Part shown: positions 10,083-19,909 of the stretch, piece after piece
Numbering within the stretch: the stretch's first letter is position 1
How the letters are laid out: the number at the start of each line of letters is the position of its first letter
Assembly (NCBI GenBank): GCA_965222375.1
Contig: CBDCTZ010000008.1
Location: forward strand, 320,001-384,000
Direction of reading: 5' to 3'
DNA from: Polyangiaceae bacterium
GTDB taxonomy: Bacteria; Myxococcota_A; Polyangia; Polyangiales; Polyangiaceae
DNA length: 64,000 nucleotides
Notes under the pieces: model-generated
Told to the model about the DNA's origin: nothing
Seen by the model: the letters and a program-made list of their open reading frames with translations, nothing else
Databases searched by the model: none
Program-made: the position numbers and the translations under genes

Positions 10083-11033
10083 TCAGCGCTCGGGCTCCGC
10101 CGCCGTCGGCAAAGCCACGTAAGGCGCCCCCTCGGGTGCAGGCTCCGTGTGCACCAGCACGTCCTGCACCTCGGGCAGTTCTTCGTGAATCGCGTCGATT
10201 ACCCAATGGGTAACCTGATGCGCCGTTACAACATCTAGATGGGGCGCAATTTGTACGTGGAGATCGACGTAGACTGCGCCGGGAGTTCCTCGAGTTCGGA
10301 CTTTGTGCACACTGGCAACGCCCGGCACGACTCGAGCCGCCGCGGCGATCCGCTCTGGGTCGACCCGCGCCGCATCTGCCAAGTAGCCCAAGTTCTTTCG
10401 CAACACGCCCCAGCCAGCCCAAGCGATGAAGCCGGCAACGACGACTGCGGCTGCTGCATCCAACCAGTACCAGCCGCGCCACACACCCAAGATCGCAGCC
10501 ATGACTGCCAGCGTTACCAGCGCGTCCGACCTCGTGTGGGCAGCATCGCTCTCGAGCAGAGGACTGGCCAGGCGCCCGGCCGCTCGCTGCTCGTAGGTTG
10601 CCACCACGATGTTCACGACCAGTGTGAGCGAGAGCACCAGGAACGCCCCACCGTCCACAGTGGGTAGTGTCCCTCCGTCGCCAAAGAAGCGCTGGAAAGC
10701 ACCGCGCACCACGTCCGCGGCCAAGATGAGCAGCGTTAGCCCAACCAGCCCAGCTGCGATGGGTTCGATCTTCTCGTGACCGTATGGGTGACCATGATCG
10801 GCGGGTTGACTCGCCAACGCGATGCCAATGAAACCGATCAGATTGTTGGTCGAGTCGGTCAGAGAGTGGAATCCGTCCGCGCGGATCCCAAGACTGGATG
10901 CCCAAAGACCGTAGGCGATCTTCATACTAGCAACCGCCAAATTCAGCACGAAAGTGATCGCCAAAACGCGCCGGATCCTGCGAGCACGCTCCTGGGCGTA
11001 CTCGTGCTTTCGGGAGCGGCGCGAAGCAGCCAT
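10083..11033 (-). CDS. Cation diffusion facilitator (CDF) transporter
   Basis: ADGFHSLTD, HPYGHEK, DAAHTRSD, C-terminal VLVHTEP. Confidence 0.92.
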   Translation of the reverse strand: MAASRRSRKHEYAQERARRIRRVLAITFVLNLAVASMKIAYGLWASSLGIRADGFHSLTDSTNNLIGFIGIALASQPADHGHPYGHEKIEPIAAGLVGLTLLILAADVVRGAFQRFFGDGGTLPTVDGGAFLVLSLTLVVNIVVATYEQRAAGRLASPLLESDAAHTRSDALVTLAVMAAILGVWRGWYWLDAAAAVVVAGFIAWAGWGVLRKNLGYLADAARVDPERIAAAARVVPGVASVHKVRTRGTPGAVYVDLHVQIAPHLDVVTAHQVTHWVIDAIHEELPEVQDVLVHTEPAPEGAPYVALPTAAEPER

Positions 11034-11101
11034 GGGCGCGGGTCAGTGCTGCGCGATCGGCGAGCGCCAGTTGAAGATCCCTCGCCGATCGTCTTGGGTC
11101 A

Positions 11102-11767
11102 TCACTTCATGCGAGTGAGCATCGGCATGCTTTCTCGGGCCGATACGTTGCGATGTACATAGTGGTAGGTGTGGGGACGCGCGTGGTGCTCCGAGTGGCG
11201 CTGACACCAGAGCTTTTCGCCCTTGGATTCCGCACGAGCTTTCAGACATTGCGGACAGGGCGGCTCGATGGACGGCATCAGCGCTTCCTCGACCTGCGGT
11301 CGCACCACGAGCACGGGGCTCGGCGCAAGTCGAACCACACCCTCCGCGACGGATCCAAGCAGGAGCCTGCGCATGCCTCGGCGGCCGTGGGTGCCGACGA
11401 TCACCAGGTCAGCTTCGAGATCCGACGCCAGCTGGGCGATCTCCTCGGCCGGTGCATCGAGACGAAGATGTGTAACCGCCCGTGCAAACACAGGCAGCTT
11501 TGCTTTCTCGCGCTCGCGTACGAACGTCTCCAGTCGCGATTCGACGAAGTCCTTCAACTTGCGTGACGCCTCCTCCATGCTGAGCGTCTCGATCTCGCCA
11601 CCGATCTCGAGGTGCACCATCGGCCCGTATGCACGGGCAACGTTCACGACGTGTAGCTCGCCATCCTTTTCATCGCTCGCGCGCTCGAACGCACGGGTCA
11701 GCGCCACGTCACCTGTTTCCGAAAAGTCGACGCCGACGACGACGACGAAGGGCTTTTCATTGGCCAT
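11102..11767 (-). CDS. Universal stress protein with Cys/His-rich C-terminal extension
   Basis: VVGVDFS, DLVIVGTHGRRG, LLGSVAEGVVR; tail CPQC...WCQRH. Confidence 0.9.
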   Translation of the reverse strand: MANEKPFVVVVGVDFSETGDVALTRAFERASDEKDGELHVVNVARAYGPMVHLEIGGEIETLSMEEASRKLKDFVESRLETFVREREKAKLPVFARAVTHLRLDAPAEEIAQLASDLEADLVIVGTHGRRGMRRLLLGSVAEGVVRLAPSPVLVVRPQVEEALMPSIEPPCPQCLKARAESKGEKLWCQRHSEHHARPHTYHYVHRNVSARESMPMLTRMK

Positions 11768-11825
11768 GGTTCCTCAACTCCTTTTCTTTCGGATCGCGCC
11801 CCTCGAACTGGGCCCGCGCAGTAAT

Positions 11826-11841
11826 TGCAGGTGGCGTGCCA
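11826..11841 (-). promoter_or_regulatory. sigma54 -24/-12 promoter upstream of the USP gene
   Basis: Minus strand reads TGGCACGCCACCTGCA (GG-N10-GC). Confidence 0.7.
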
Positions 11842-11972
11842 GCCGTAGCGATCGGGTATTTGCCGAGCTTATCCCAGGCGCTCGGTCGCGATTGCGCAAA
11901 TATTGCAGAGTCGCCGTTGCAACGGCAAAAGCTGCCGCCGACCTGGACCCGGAGCATGGGAAGCTCTGACTC

Positions 11973-12527
11973 ATGAGCGCCCTGCACCCCGCCGATGTGA
12001 TCGTAGCCGAACACCGAATCATTGCCCGCATGCTCGACGTGCTCCGAGCATTGGCCGAACGCGTCGAACGGGGTCAAGAAGTCGCCCAAGAAGACCTGCG
12101 GGCCACAGTCGTCTTCTTTCGCGACTTCGTAGACCTCGGTCACCACGAAAAGGAAGAGAGCGTCCTGATCCCGGAACTGGCTCGGGCTGGCGTGGATTGG
12201 AACGCCGAGCCGTTGGCGAAGATCCGAGCGGAGCACAACCAGGAACGCTATCTGGTTCGATCTCTGCGGCACTCATCACTACAGGACACAGAATGGAGCC
12301 AGGACGATGAACGGCACTTCGTCAGCATTGCCAATCAGCTCGTTGAACTCCAGCGAGCCCATTTGGCGCGAGAAGGTGCCGATCTGATCCCACTGATTCG
12401 CGATCGACTCCCCGCAGACCGCCTCGAGTACGTTCAGCGAGAATTGGCCACGATCGACGCTGGGCGCGCAGGCGGCGTAAGCGAACCCGACATCCAGTCT
12501 TTGGTCGATCGCGTTCTGTCAGCGTGA
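11973..12527 (+). CDS. Hemerythrin (HHE) domain protein
   Basis: EH...HHEKEE...EH...HLARE ligand pattern. Confidence 0.85.
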   Translation: MSALHPADVIVAEHRIIARMLDVLRALAERVERGQEVAQEDLRATVVFFRDFVDLGHHEKEESVLIPELARAGVDWNAEPLAKIRAEHNQERYLVRSLRHSSLQDTEWSQDDERHFVSIANQLVELQRAHLAREGADLIPLIRDRLPADRLEYVQRELATIDAGRAGGVSEPDIQSLVDRVLSA

Positions 12528-15341
12528 CGCCGTGCCGGCGCCACGAACGAGCTTGACCACCTCGGACAGCAGCCATGTGCTCGCGGATAGGAGCATGACC
12601 GACGCCGCTAGCGCGAGAGGCAGCGCGGTTGTGCTGAACATGCCGTGCAAGGGGCCAACGTAGACCGCCAGAGCTTGCAGCCCAAGGGCTGCGCCGAACG
12701 CGCCCCAAAGCCTCAGATTCGCGAAAGGCCCTAGGCGAAAGACGGACAGTTCGTGGCTGCGGCTGCCGTGAGCGTGAAACAGGGGCGCCAGAGCCAGCAC
12801 GCAGAACGCCGCGGTGCGCGCGGTGGTGAGCGCGACGCCGCTTGCGGTTGGCCCTCCCTGCCAGATGAACACGCCCATCCCCAAAACCCCGATCCAGGTC
12901 CCGTAGAAAGCAAGATGCAGCAGCTCGCGCCGTCCAATGATGCCTTCGTCGGCGCGGCGTGGTGGGCGCCGCATGGGGTCAGCCCGGGCGGGCTCCATCC
13001 CCAGCGCGAGCGCGGGCAGTCCGTTGGTGATCAGGTTTATCCAGAGGATCTGGGTCGGTGTCAGCAGCGCGGGCCACCCGAGCAACGCTGCGACCAACAC
13101 TGCCAGGACCAAGCCCCAGTTGACGGCAAACAAGAACACGATGAAGCGCTTGATGTTCGCGTAGACTACGCGCCCTTCTTCAATGGCGGCCACGATGGTC
13201 GCGTAGTTGTCATCCAACAGGACCATATCCGCGGCCTCGCGCGTGACATCGGTGCCCCCTTGCCCCATCGCAACGCCAATATCCGCCGCCTTGATCGCCG
13301 GCGCGTCGTTCACTCCGTCACCGGTCATTGCAACGACGCGTCCGTCCCGCTGCATCGCCTCGACTAGGCTCAGCTTGTTCTGTGCGGTGGCGCGAGCCAC
13401 CACTCGCACATCTCGACTGACGAGAACCAAGTCTTTTTCTGGCATTTCATCGATTTCAGGCCCAGTGAGGACGACCCGGTCCGCAGAGCTGTCACCGACC
13501 AATCCGATCTCTTTGGCGATCGCCCGAGCCGTTCGGGGATGGTCGCCGGTGATCATCACGCTGCGAACCCCGGCCTGACTCGCTCGCGCGACGGCGCGAG
13601 GCACCGCCTCCCGCGGTGGGTCGGAAAGACCAATCAGCCCCAGCAGCTCCGTTCCGTGTTCGAAGCGTTGCAGCAGCTCACCTCTTCGCTGGGAGCCGGG
13701 CGGGATCGAATCGCGGGTCTTGTCTTCGAACAGCGCCGAGACAGCGAGCACCCGTAGCCCCTTGCGGGCAAAGTCTTCGAGCAGAGCCGTGATTCGCTCG
13801 CGGGCCTCGGTGCCCAGCGGCACGACCTCCTGGTCCGGGCCCCGGAACACGGCTACGTCCGAAAGTATGGCCTCGGGCGCACCGTGGGTGTAGCTGACGA
13901 TTCGATCGGCGTTCTCCGCAACCACGGTCGCGCGCTTGCGTTCGCCGTCGAAGGGCAGCACCCGGGCGGACCGAAACAAGCTATCCGAGCGCTGATCCGG
14001 TAGCAGCTGCCTTCGATGGAACTCCAGCAGCGCGACGTCCGTTGGATCCCCTCGGACCCGTTCCTCCTCCCCTTCTTCGCCAGCTTCCAAGCGCGCTGCG
14101 GGCGTAAACCCCATCGCCCGCAGGAGTTGCTCCATGGCTGGGTCAGCCTTCAGCTCCGCATCCAAGGTGTCCGCTTCAATGCCCTCGGACCGACTCGGTA
14201 CCCATAAGTAGCGGACCCGCATCTTGTTCTGCGTCAGTGTGCCCGTCTTGTCCGTGCAGATGACGTCAGCGCTTCCCAAGGTCTCGACTGCCGCGAGTCG
14301 CCGAACGAGGGCACTGCGCTTGGCCATGCGCTGAACCCCCAGGGCCAGCACGATGCTGGTGACTGCTGGCAACCCCTCGGGAATGGCGGCAACCGCGAGG
14401 GACACTGCAGTGAGCAACCAGAAGCCCAAGCCCGCGCTGTCGCGCCACAACCCGATGCCAAGGATCAACACGGCCAGGACGGCGCAACCCGCCACGACGT
14501 AGGTCCCAAACCTCCGCAAGGAGCGTTGCAGCGGCGTGTCCGGAGACTCCACACACTGTAGCATTGCCGCGATTTTTCCGATCTCCGTCCCCATCGCCGT
14601 GGCAACGACGGCCCCCGTCGCGCGACCCCGGACAACATGGCAGCCGGCGTACGCCATGTTGACGCGCTCCGCCAAGGGAGTCTCTTCGGGCAGGGGCCCG
14701 CGTTCCTTTTCGACGGGCTGACTCTCGCCGGTGAGGGCGGCCTCGACACACAGCAGATCCTCCGGCTCCAGCAAGCGCAAGTCTGCAGCAACCCGATCGC
14801 CCTCTTCCAACAGAACCACATCGCCGCAGACGAGTTCCTCGGCCACCAGGCGGAGCGTTTGCCCTTCCCGGACCACCGTGGCCTCTGGCGACCCCAGCGC
14901 ACGCAGGGCACGCAGGGCATGTTCCGCCTTGCGCTCTTGCGCGAAACCGATCGCTGCGTTCAGTACCACGATGATGCTGATCGCGATGGCATCCCCAAAA
15001 CGCTCCAATATGGAGCGATCCGCGGCTTCCACATGGGCCAGAACGACCGCGAGCACGGCAGCCACCAAGAGCGCAATCACAGTAACGTCCGTGAACTGAC
15101 CCAGCAGAACCTTCCACGCCGGGGTCGGAGCCGCCTCTTCCAAGCGATTCGCGCCGTCCCGGGACAGTCTCTGGGCGGCCTCGGCTCGGGACAATCCAGA
15201 GGTCGGCTCCACATCGAGCAGCTCGCAGATCCGCGCATCGCTCAGCGCGTGCACCAGAGTTCCTCGCAGACGTTGCGCCGCAGATCCGCCAGCACGCAGC
15301 TCCTGCGCTGGCGCTTCAGCCTGGGTGTGCGGGGCGGTCAT
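12519..15341 (-). CDS. P-type cation-transporting ATPase (type II-like)
   Basis: TGES, AIPEGLP, DKTGT, TGD, GDGVNDAPA. Confidence 0.93.
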   Translation of the reverse strand: MTAPHTQAEAPAQELRAGGSAAQRLRGTLVHALSDARICELLDVEPTSGLSRAEAAQRLSRDGANRLEEAAPTPAWKVLLGQFTDVTVIALLVAAVLAVVLAHVEAADRSILERFGDAIAISIIVVLNAAIGFAQERKAEHALRALRALGSPEATVVREGQTLRLVAEELVCGDVVLLEEGDRVAADLRLLEPEDLLCVEAALTGESQPVEKERGPLPEETPLAERVNMAYAGCHVVRGRATGAVVATAMGTEIGKIAAMLQCVESPDTPLQRSLRRFGTYVVAGCAVLAVLILGIGLWRDSAGLGFWLLTAVSLAVAAIPEGLPAVTSIVLALGVQRMAKRSALVRRLAAVETLGSADVICTDKTGTLTQNKMRVRYLWVPSRSEGIEADTLDAELKADPAMEQLLRAMGFTPAARLEAGEEGEEERVRGDPTDVALLEFHRRQLLPDQRSDSLFRSARVLPFDGERKRATVVAENADRIVSYTHGAPEAILSDVAVFRGPDQEVVPLGTEARERITALLEDFARKGLRVLAVSALFEDKTRDSIPPGSQRRGELLQRFEHGTELLGLIGLSDPPREAVPRAVARASQAGVRSVMITGDHPRTARAIAKEIGLVGDSSADRVVLTGPEIDEMPEKDLVLVSRDVRVVARATAQNKLSLVEAMQRDGRVVAMTGDGVNDAPAIKAADIGVAMGQGGTDVTREAADMVLLDDNYATIVAAIEEGRVVYANIKRFIVFLFAVNWGLVLAVLVAALLGWPALLTPTQILWINLITNGLPALALGMEPARADPMRRPPRRADEGIIGRRELLHLAFYGTWIGVLGMGVFIWQGGPTASGVALTTARTAAFCVLALAPLFHAHGSRSHELSVFRLGPFANLRLWGAFGAALGLQALAVYVGPLHGMFSTTALPLALAASVMLLSASTWLLSEVVKLVRGAGTASR

Positions 15342-15386
15342 CGGGTTCCTGCTGGGTAAATGCCGGATTCACCCCAAAAATGTGAC

Positions 15387-15400
15387 CTGATGAAGATCAG
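15387..15400. promoter_or_regulatory. FNR/Crp-like palindrome between the divergent ATPase and cco operon
   Basis: CTGAT-N4-ATCAG versus FNR consensus TTGAT-N4-ATCAA. Confidence 0.4.
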
Positions 15401-15459
15401 CTGAGAGGGCCTGCGTGCTGACTCGGACGCCTGGAACAAGGCGCAGAGCTTTCCCTCGC

Positions 15460-15475
15460 GGGCATGTTTCTTGCC
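15460..15475 (+). promoter_or_regulatory. sigma54 -24/-12 promoter of the cco operon
   Basis: GGGCATGTTTCTTGCC (GG-N10-GC), about 25 nt before ATG 15500. Confidence 0.6.
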
Positions 15476-15499
15476 AAGTCGCGGCCCGTGACTAGCCAA

Positions 15500-17737
15500 A
15501 TGGAAAAGTTTCGCTACGACGACGCAGTCGTTCGCAAATTCGCGTTTGCGACGATCGTCTGGGGCTTGGTGGCTACCTTGGCCGGACTCTGGGTTGCGCT
15601 GCTGATGGTGGTGCCAGCACTGTCCTTCGACCTGCCCTATCTGACCTTCGGTCGGCTGCGACCGCTGCATACCAATGCCGCCATCTTCGCCTTCGCGGGC
15701 AATGCGGTGTTTGCAGCGGTGTACTACTCGAGCCAGCGCTTGCTCAAAGCCAGGATGTTCAGTGACAAGCTGAGCGCGGCTCACTTCTGGGGGTGGCAGG
15801 GCATCATTGTTGCCGCCGCCTTGACGCTGCCGCTCGGCTTCACCCAGGGCAAGGAATACGCAGAGCTCGAGTGGCCCATCGACATCGCAATCGCGGTGGT
15901 CTGGGTGATCTTTGCGATCAACTTCTTCGGCACCATCGCCAAGCGACGCGAACGTCACCTGTACGTGGCGATTTGGTTCTACATCGCAACCATCATCGCG
16001 GTCGCCGTGCTGCACATCTTCAACAGCCTCGCCGTTCCGGCGGGCCCGTTGAAGAGCTACTCGCTGTATGCGGGCGTTCAGGATGCCTTCATGCAGTGGT
16101 GGTATGGGCACAACGCTGTCGCTTTCTTCCTTACGACGCCGTTCCTGGGCCTGATGTACTACTTCTTGCCCAAGGCCGCGAACCGTCCCGTTTTTTCCTA
16201 CCGCCTGAGCATCCTCCACTTCTGGGCCATCGTCTTCATCTACATCTGGGCTGGCCCTCACCATCTGCACTACACCGCATTGCCTGAGTGGGCCTCCACC
16301 CTCGGCATGGTGTTTTCGGTCATGTTGTGGATGCCCTCTTGGGGCGGCATGATCAACGGCCTGCTGACGTTGCGCGGCGCCTGGAACAAGGTTGCTCGCG
16401 ATCCGGTGCTGAAGTTCTTCGTGGTTGGGGTGACCTTCTACGGCATGAGCACCTTCGAAGGTCCGATGCTCAGCATCAAGAGCGTCAATGCCCTCTCGCA
16501 TTATACGGACTGGACCATTGCCCACGTGCATAGCGGAGCGCTGGGGTGGAACGGCTTCATGGCCTTCGGGCTGTTGTACTGGCTCACGCCAAAGCTCTTC
16601 CAAACCAAACTGTGGTCCCGAAAGCTCGCAGAAGTGCACTTCTGGGTCGGGACCCTTGGCATCCTCTTCTACATCGTCGCGATTTACGCCGCGGGTGTGA
16701 CCCAGGGCCTCATGTGGCGAGCATTCGACGAGACGGGCCGCCTGGCTTACCCCGACTTCGTCGAGACGGTCGTGCGGATCATCCCGATGTACTGGGTCCG
16801 TGTCCTAGGCGGAACGATGTTCGTCGCCGGCACGGCGCTCTGCCTCGTCAACATGCTCATGACCTGGAAGTCGCGTCCCAAGACCTACGAAGAGCCGGTG
16901 CACGAGGCCCCCGCGCTGGGACCTGACCCCGAGCGTGCCCCACACCCGGACGTCCCCGCCGAGGCCACTTCGACCGGCATGGCCTATAAGCTGAAGTACT
17001 TCACCTCGATGAGCTGGCACCGGCTTTGGGAGCGTCGTCCACTGACCTTCACGGTTTGGGTGGTAATCGCCGTAGTCGCGGCTTCGCTGTTCGAGATCGT
17101 TCCAACCTTCTTGATCAAGTCGAACGTGCCGACCATCGCGAGCGTGAAGCCCTACACGCCCCTCGAACTCGCCGGCCGGGACATCTATCTGGCCGAGGGT
17201 TGCTACAACTGCCACTCGCAGATGATTCGTCCGATCCGCTCCGAAACGGAGCGCTACGGTGAGTACAGCAAGCCAGGTGAGTTCGTCTACGACCACCCCT
17301 TCCAATGGGGCTCGCGGCGGATTGGCCCTGACTTGCAACGCGTAGGCGGCAAGTACCCGCACCTCTGGCACGTGCGACACATGGAGGAGCCGTCGAGCAC
17401 GACGAAGGGCTCGCTGATGCCTCGCTATCCATGGATGCTGTCGGACAGCATCGACTTCTCGGGAATCCAGTCGCGGGTGGACGCCATGGCGATGCTCGGC
17501 GTGCCCTATCCGGAAGCGGTACAGGGCAAGGCGGAACCCATGGCCCGAGCCCAAGCCAAGGTAATCGCCACGGAAATTGTCACTCAAGGCGGCCCCGCTG
17601 GTCTCGAAGACAAGCAGATCGTCGCGCTGGTCGCCTATTTGCAGCGCCTCGGAACCGACATCAAGGGAGGCGCGTCGGCCTCTGGCAGCTCCGATGCGAC
17701 TAACACCTTCGCGGCGCGAAAGGCAGGTGCGCCGTGA
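15500..17737 (+). CDS. ccoN: cbb3-type cytochrome c oxidase, fused subunits I/II (CcoN-CcoO)
   Basis: RLRPLHTN, WWYGHNAV, GPHHLH, AHVH; C-terminal EGCYNCHSQMIRP and WGSRRIGPDL. Confidence 0.97.
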   Translation: MEKFRYDDAVVRKFAFATIVWGLVATLAGLWVALLMVVPALSFDLPYLTFGRLRPLHTNAAIFAFAGNAVFAAVYYSSQRLLKARMFSDKLSAAHFWGWQGIIVAAALTLPLGFTQGKEYAELEWPIDIAIAVVWVIFAINFFGTIAKRRERHLYVAIWFYIATIIAVAVLHIFNSLAVPAGPLKSYSLYAGVQDAFMQWWYGHNAVAFFLTTPFLGLMYYFLPKAANRPVFSYRLSILHFWAIVFIYIWAGPHHLHYTALPEWASTLGMVFSVMLWMPSWGGMINGLLTLRGAWNKVARDPVLKFFVVGVTFYGMSTFEGPMLSIKSVNALSHYTDWTIAHVHSGALGWNGFMAFGLLYWLTPKLFQTKLWSRKLAEVHFWVGTLGILFYIVAIYAAGVTQGLMWRAFDETGRLAYPDFVETVVRIIPMYWVRVLGGTMFVAGTALCLVNMLMTWKSRPKTYEEPVHEAPALGPDPERAPHPDVPAEATSTGMAYKLKYFTSMSWHRLWERRPLTFTVWVVIAVVAASLFEIVPTFLIKSNVPTIASVKPYTPLELAGRDIYLAEGCYNCHSQMIRPIRSETERYGEYSKPGEFVYDHPFQWGSRRIGPDLQRVGGKYPHLWHVRHMEEPSSTTKGSLMPRYPWMLSDSIDFSGIQSRVDAMAMLGVPYPEAVQGKAEPMARAQAKVIATEIVTQGGPAGLEDKQIVALVAYLQRLGTDIKGGASASGSSDATNTFAARKAGAP

Positions 17738-17931
17738 GGCTGTCGGACATCATGAGCGCCATGGGCCTCGAAGGCTGGGCCGAGCTAGCGCTGCTGATTT
17801 TCCTGGTTGTCTTCGCGGTCGTAGTCGCCCGCCTGTTCAACCCAAAGCGACGCGACGAATACGAACGCGCTGGCCAAATCCCTCTTGAAGGAGACTTGGA
17901 CGACGCCGACCTATCGGAAGGGAACTCCTGA
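17734..17931 (+). CDS. ccoQ: cbb3 oxidase subunit CcoQ
   Basis: 65 aa, one TM helix, C-terminal IPLE, position between ccoO and ccoP. Confidence 0.8.
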   Translation: MRLSDIMSAMGLEGWAELALLIFLVVFAVVVARLFNPKRRDEYERAGQIPLEGDLDDADLSEGNS

Positions 17932-17932
17932 G

Positions 17933-18526
17933 ATGACGAACCCCGACCAGAACACGGAACCGAAAGAGGCCCCGATCGATGAAGACCTGCTCATGGGCGA
18001 CCATGAGTACGACGGCATTCAGGAATACGACAATCCACTGCCCCGCTGGTGGACCTTGATCTTCTGGGGCACTTTCATCTTCTCGATCGGCTACATCTTG
18101 TACTATCATACCTCCGACGACCGAGGCGTCCTCGCCGCGTACGCTGCCGAAGCCAGCGCAGCCCAGGCGAACGCGCCCCCGATCGCCGAAGTCACGGAAG
18201 AGGCTCTCGCCGCCGTCGTGGCAGACTCCGCCGCCGTCGCTGCCGGCAAAGAGGTCTACACCGCGCGATGCGCCGCCTGTCACGGGGACAAGGCCGAAGG
18301 GAAGATTGGCCCCAATCTCACTGACCACCACTGGATCCATGGCAAGGGCACCCTGAAGGACCTGTACCAGTCCGTCGCGGTTGGTGTCCCAGCCAAGGGC
18401 ATGCCCGCCTGGGCGAAACAGCTCAGCCCGAAGGAAATGCAGGACGTGGTGGGCTACGTGGGCTCAGTGAAAGGAACGATGGTCTCGGGTAGAGCTGCGG
18501 AGGGTACCGAGCACGCGCCGAAGTAA
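17933..18526 (+). CDS. ccoP: cbb3 oxidase subunit III (CcoP), single heme
   Basis: HEYDGIQEYDNPLPRWW, CAACH, GPNLTD, GMPAW. Confidence 0.93.
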   Translation: MTNPDQNTEPKEAPIDEDLLMGDHEYDGIQEYDNPLPRWWTLIFWGTFIFSIGYILYYHTSDDRGVLAAYAAEASAAQANAPPIAEVTEEALAAVVADSAAVAAGKEVYTARCAACHGDKAEGKIGPNLTDHHWIHGKGTLKDLYQSVAVGVPAKGMPAWAKQLSPKEMQDVVGYVGSVKGTMVSGRAAEGTEHAPK

Positions 18527-18529
18527 GTC

Positions 18530-19909
18530 ATGGCCGGACCTCTGCCCGCTCAGGAACGTGTTCTCCCAACGCTCAACGCCGACGGGACACGCCGCCGCAT
18601 CCGGCCGAAGCTCTACCAGGGCAGGTACTATTACGCTCGCCTGGCGACGGCATGGGGGTTGATTGCTCTCTTCGTCGCGCTGCCCTTGATTCGCATCGGC
18701 GGCAAGCCCGCAATCTTGCTCGACGTGGCCGCCCGCCAATTCACGTTCTTTGGGCGTACCTTTCTGGCAACCGACGGCATGTTCCTCATGCTGCTCATGA
18801 TCACGATCTTCCTGAGCGTGATCTGGATCAGCGCACTGCTGGGCCGCGCCTGGTGTGGCTGGGGCTGCCCGCAGACCGTGTACATGGAGTTCGTGTTCCG
18901 GCCGATCGAGCGATTGTTCGAGGGTGACAGGGCCGCGCAGATGAGGCTCGACCGCAAGGGCGGGCTGAGCCTCAGGCGCGTCCTGAAGTATCCGGTTTTC
19001 GCCGTGCTCTCCGTGTTCGTAGCCAATGTCTTCCTGGCCTACTTCGTTGGCGTGGACCGCCTGTGGCAATGGGTTCAGCTGTCTCCCAAGGAGCACCCTG
19101 CGGGCTTTCTGGTGATGGGAGTCACCGCTGGGCTGGTGATGTTCGACTTTGCCTACTTCCGGGAGCAGATGTGCACGGTGATCTGCCCCTACGCACGGTT
19201 GCAGTCCGTGCTTCTGGACGATCGCTCCATGATCGTCGGCTACGACAGGAATCGAGGCGAGCCTCGTTCCAAAGGCAAACCCAAGCCAGGGTCTGGAGAC
19301 TGCATAGACTGCAACGCCTGCGTCGTTACGTGCCCGACTGGCATCGACATCCGCGAAGGGCTGCAACTGGAGTGCATCACCTGCACTCAATGCATCGACG
19401 CTTGCGACTCGATCATGGACAAGATCGGGAAACCTCCTGGGCTGATCCGTTATGGCTCCCAGTCTTCCCTCGAGTCGGGGAAGCGCACCCGAGTGCTCCG
19501 ACCCAGGATCTTCATTTACCCAGTGCTGATGGCTGTCTTCGGCACGGCGCTGGTCGTATTCCTCGGCCGTGGAGACAGCGCGGATGTCACGGTCTTGCGC
19601 GGCATTGGCGCTCCCTTCGTAGTGCAAGCCGACGGCATCCGGAATCAACTCCGCATCAAGGTGGAAAACCGCACCTCCGAGTCTCAGCGCTACCAGCTCG
19701 AGCTCGTGGATGCGGGAGACATCCAGCTGATTGCACCCGAAAACCCACTCCAAGTGCAGGCCGGGAGCCACAGCACTACGACCATCTTCGTGGTCGTACC
19801 GCGCAGTAGTTTTTCCGGCGGCAAGCGAAACATCAAGCTTCGCGTCAGTGACGAGTCCGAATTCCGAACCGAGATCGACTACCAGCTGCTTGGACCTCTG
19901 AAGGGATGA
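18530..19909 (+). CDS. ccoG: Cytochrome oxidase accessory 4Fe-4S protein CcoG/FixG
   Basis: GRAWCGWGCPQT, CPYARLQ, CIDCNACVVTCP, CITCTQCIDAC. Confidence 0.95.
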   Translation: MAGPLPAQERVLPTLNADGTRRRIRPKLYQGRYYYARLATAWGLIALFVALPLIRIGGKPAILLDVAARQFTFFGRTFLATDGMFLMLLMITIFLSVIWISALLGRAWCGWGCPQTVYMEFVFRPIERLFEGDRAAQMRLDRKGGLSLRRVLKYPVFAVLSVFVANVFLAYFVGVDRLWQWVQLSPKEHPAGFLVMGVTAGLVMFDFAYFREQMCTVICPYARLQSVLLDDRSMIVGYDRNRGEPRSKGKPKPGSGDCIDCNACVVTCPTGIDIREGLQLECITCTQCIDACDSIMDKIGKPPGLIRYGSQSSLESGKRTRVLRPRIFIYPVLMAVFGTALVVFLGRGDSADVTVLRGIGAPFVVQADGIRNQLRIKVENRTSESQRYQLELVDAGDIQLIAPENPLQVQAGSHSTTTIFVVVPRSSFSGGKRNIKLRVSDESEFRTEIDYQLLGPLKG

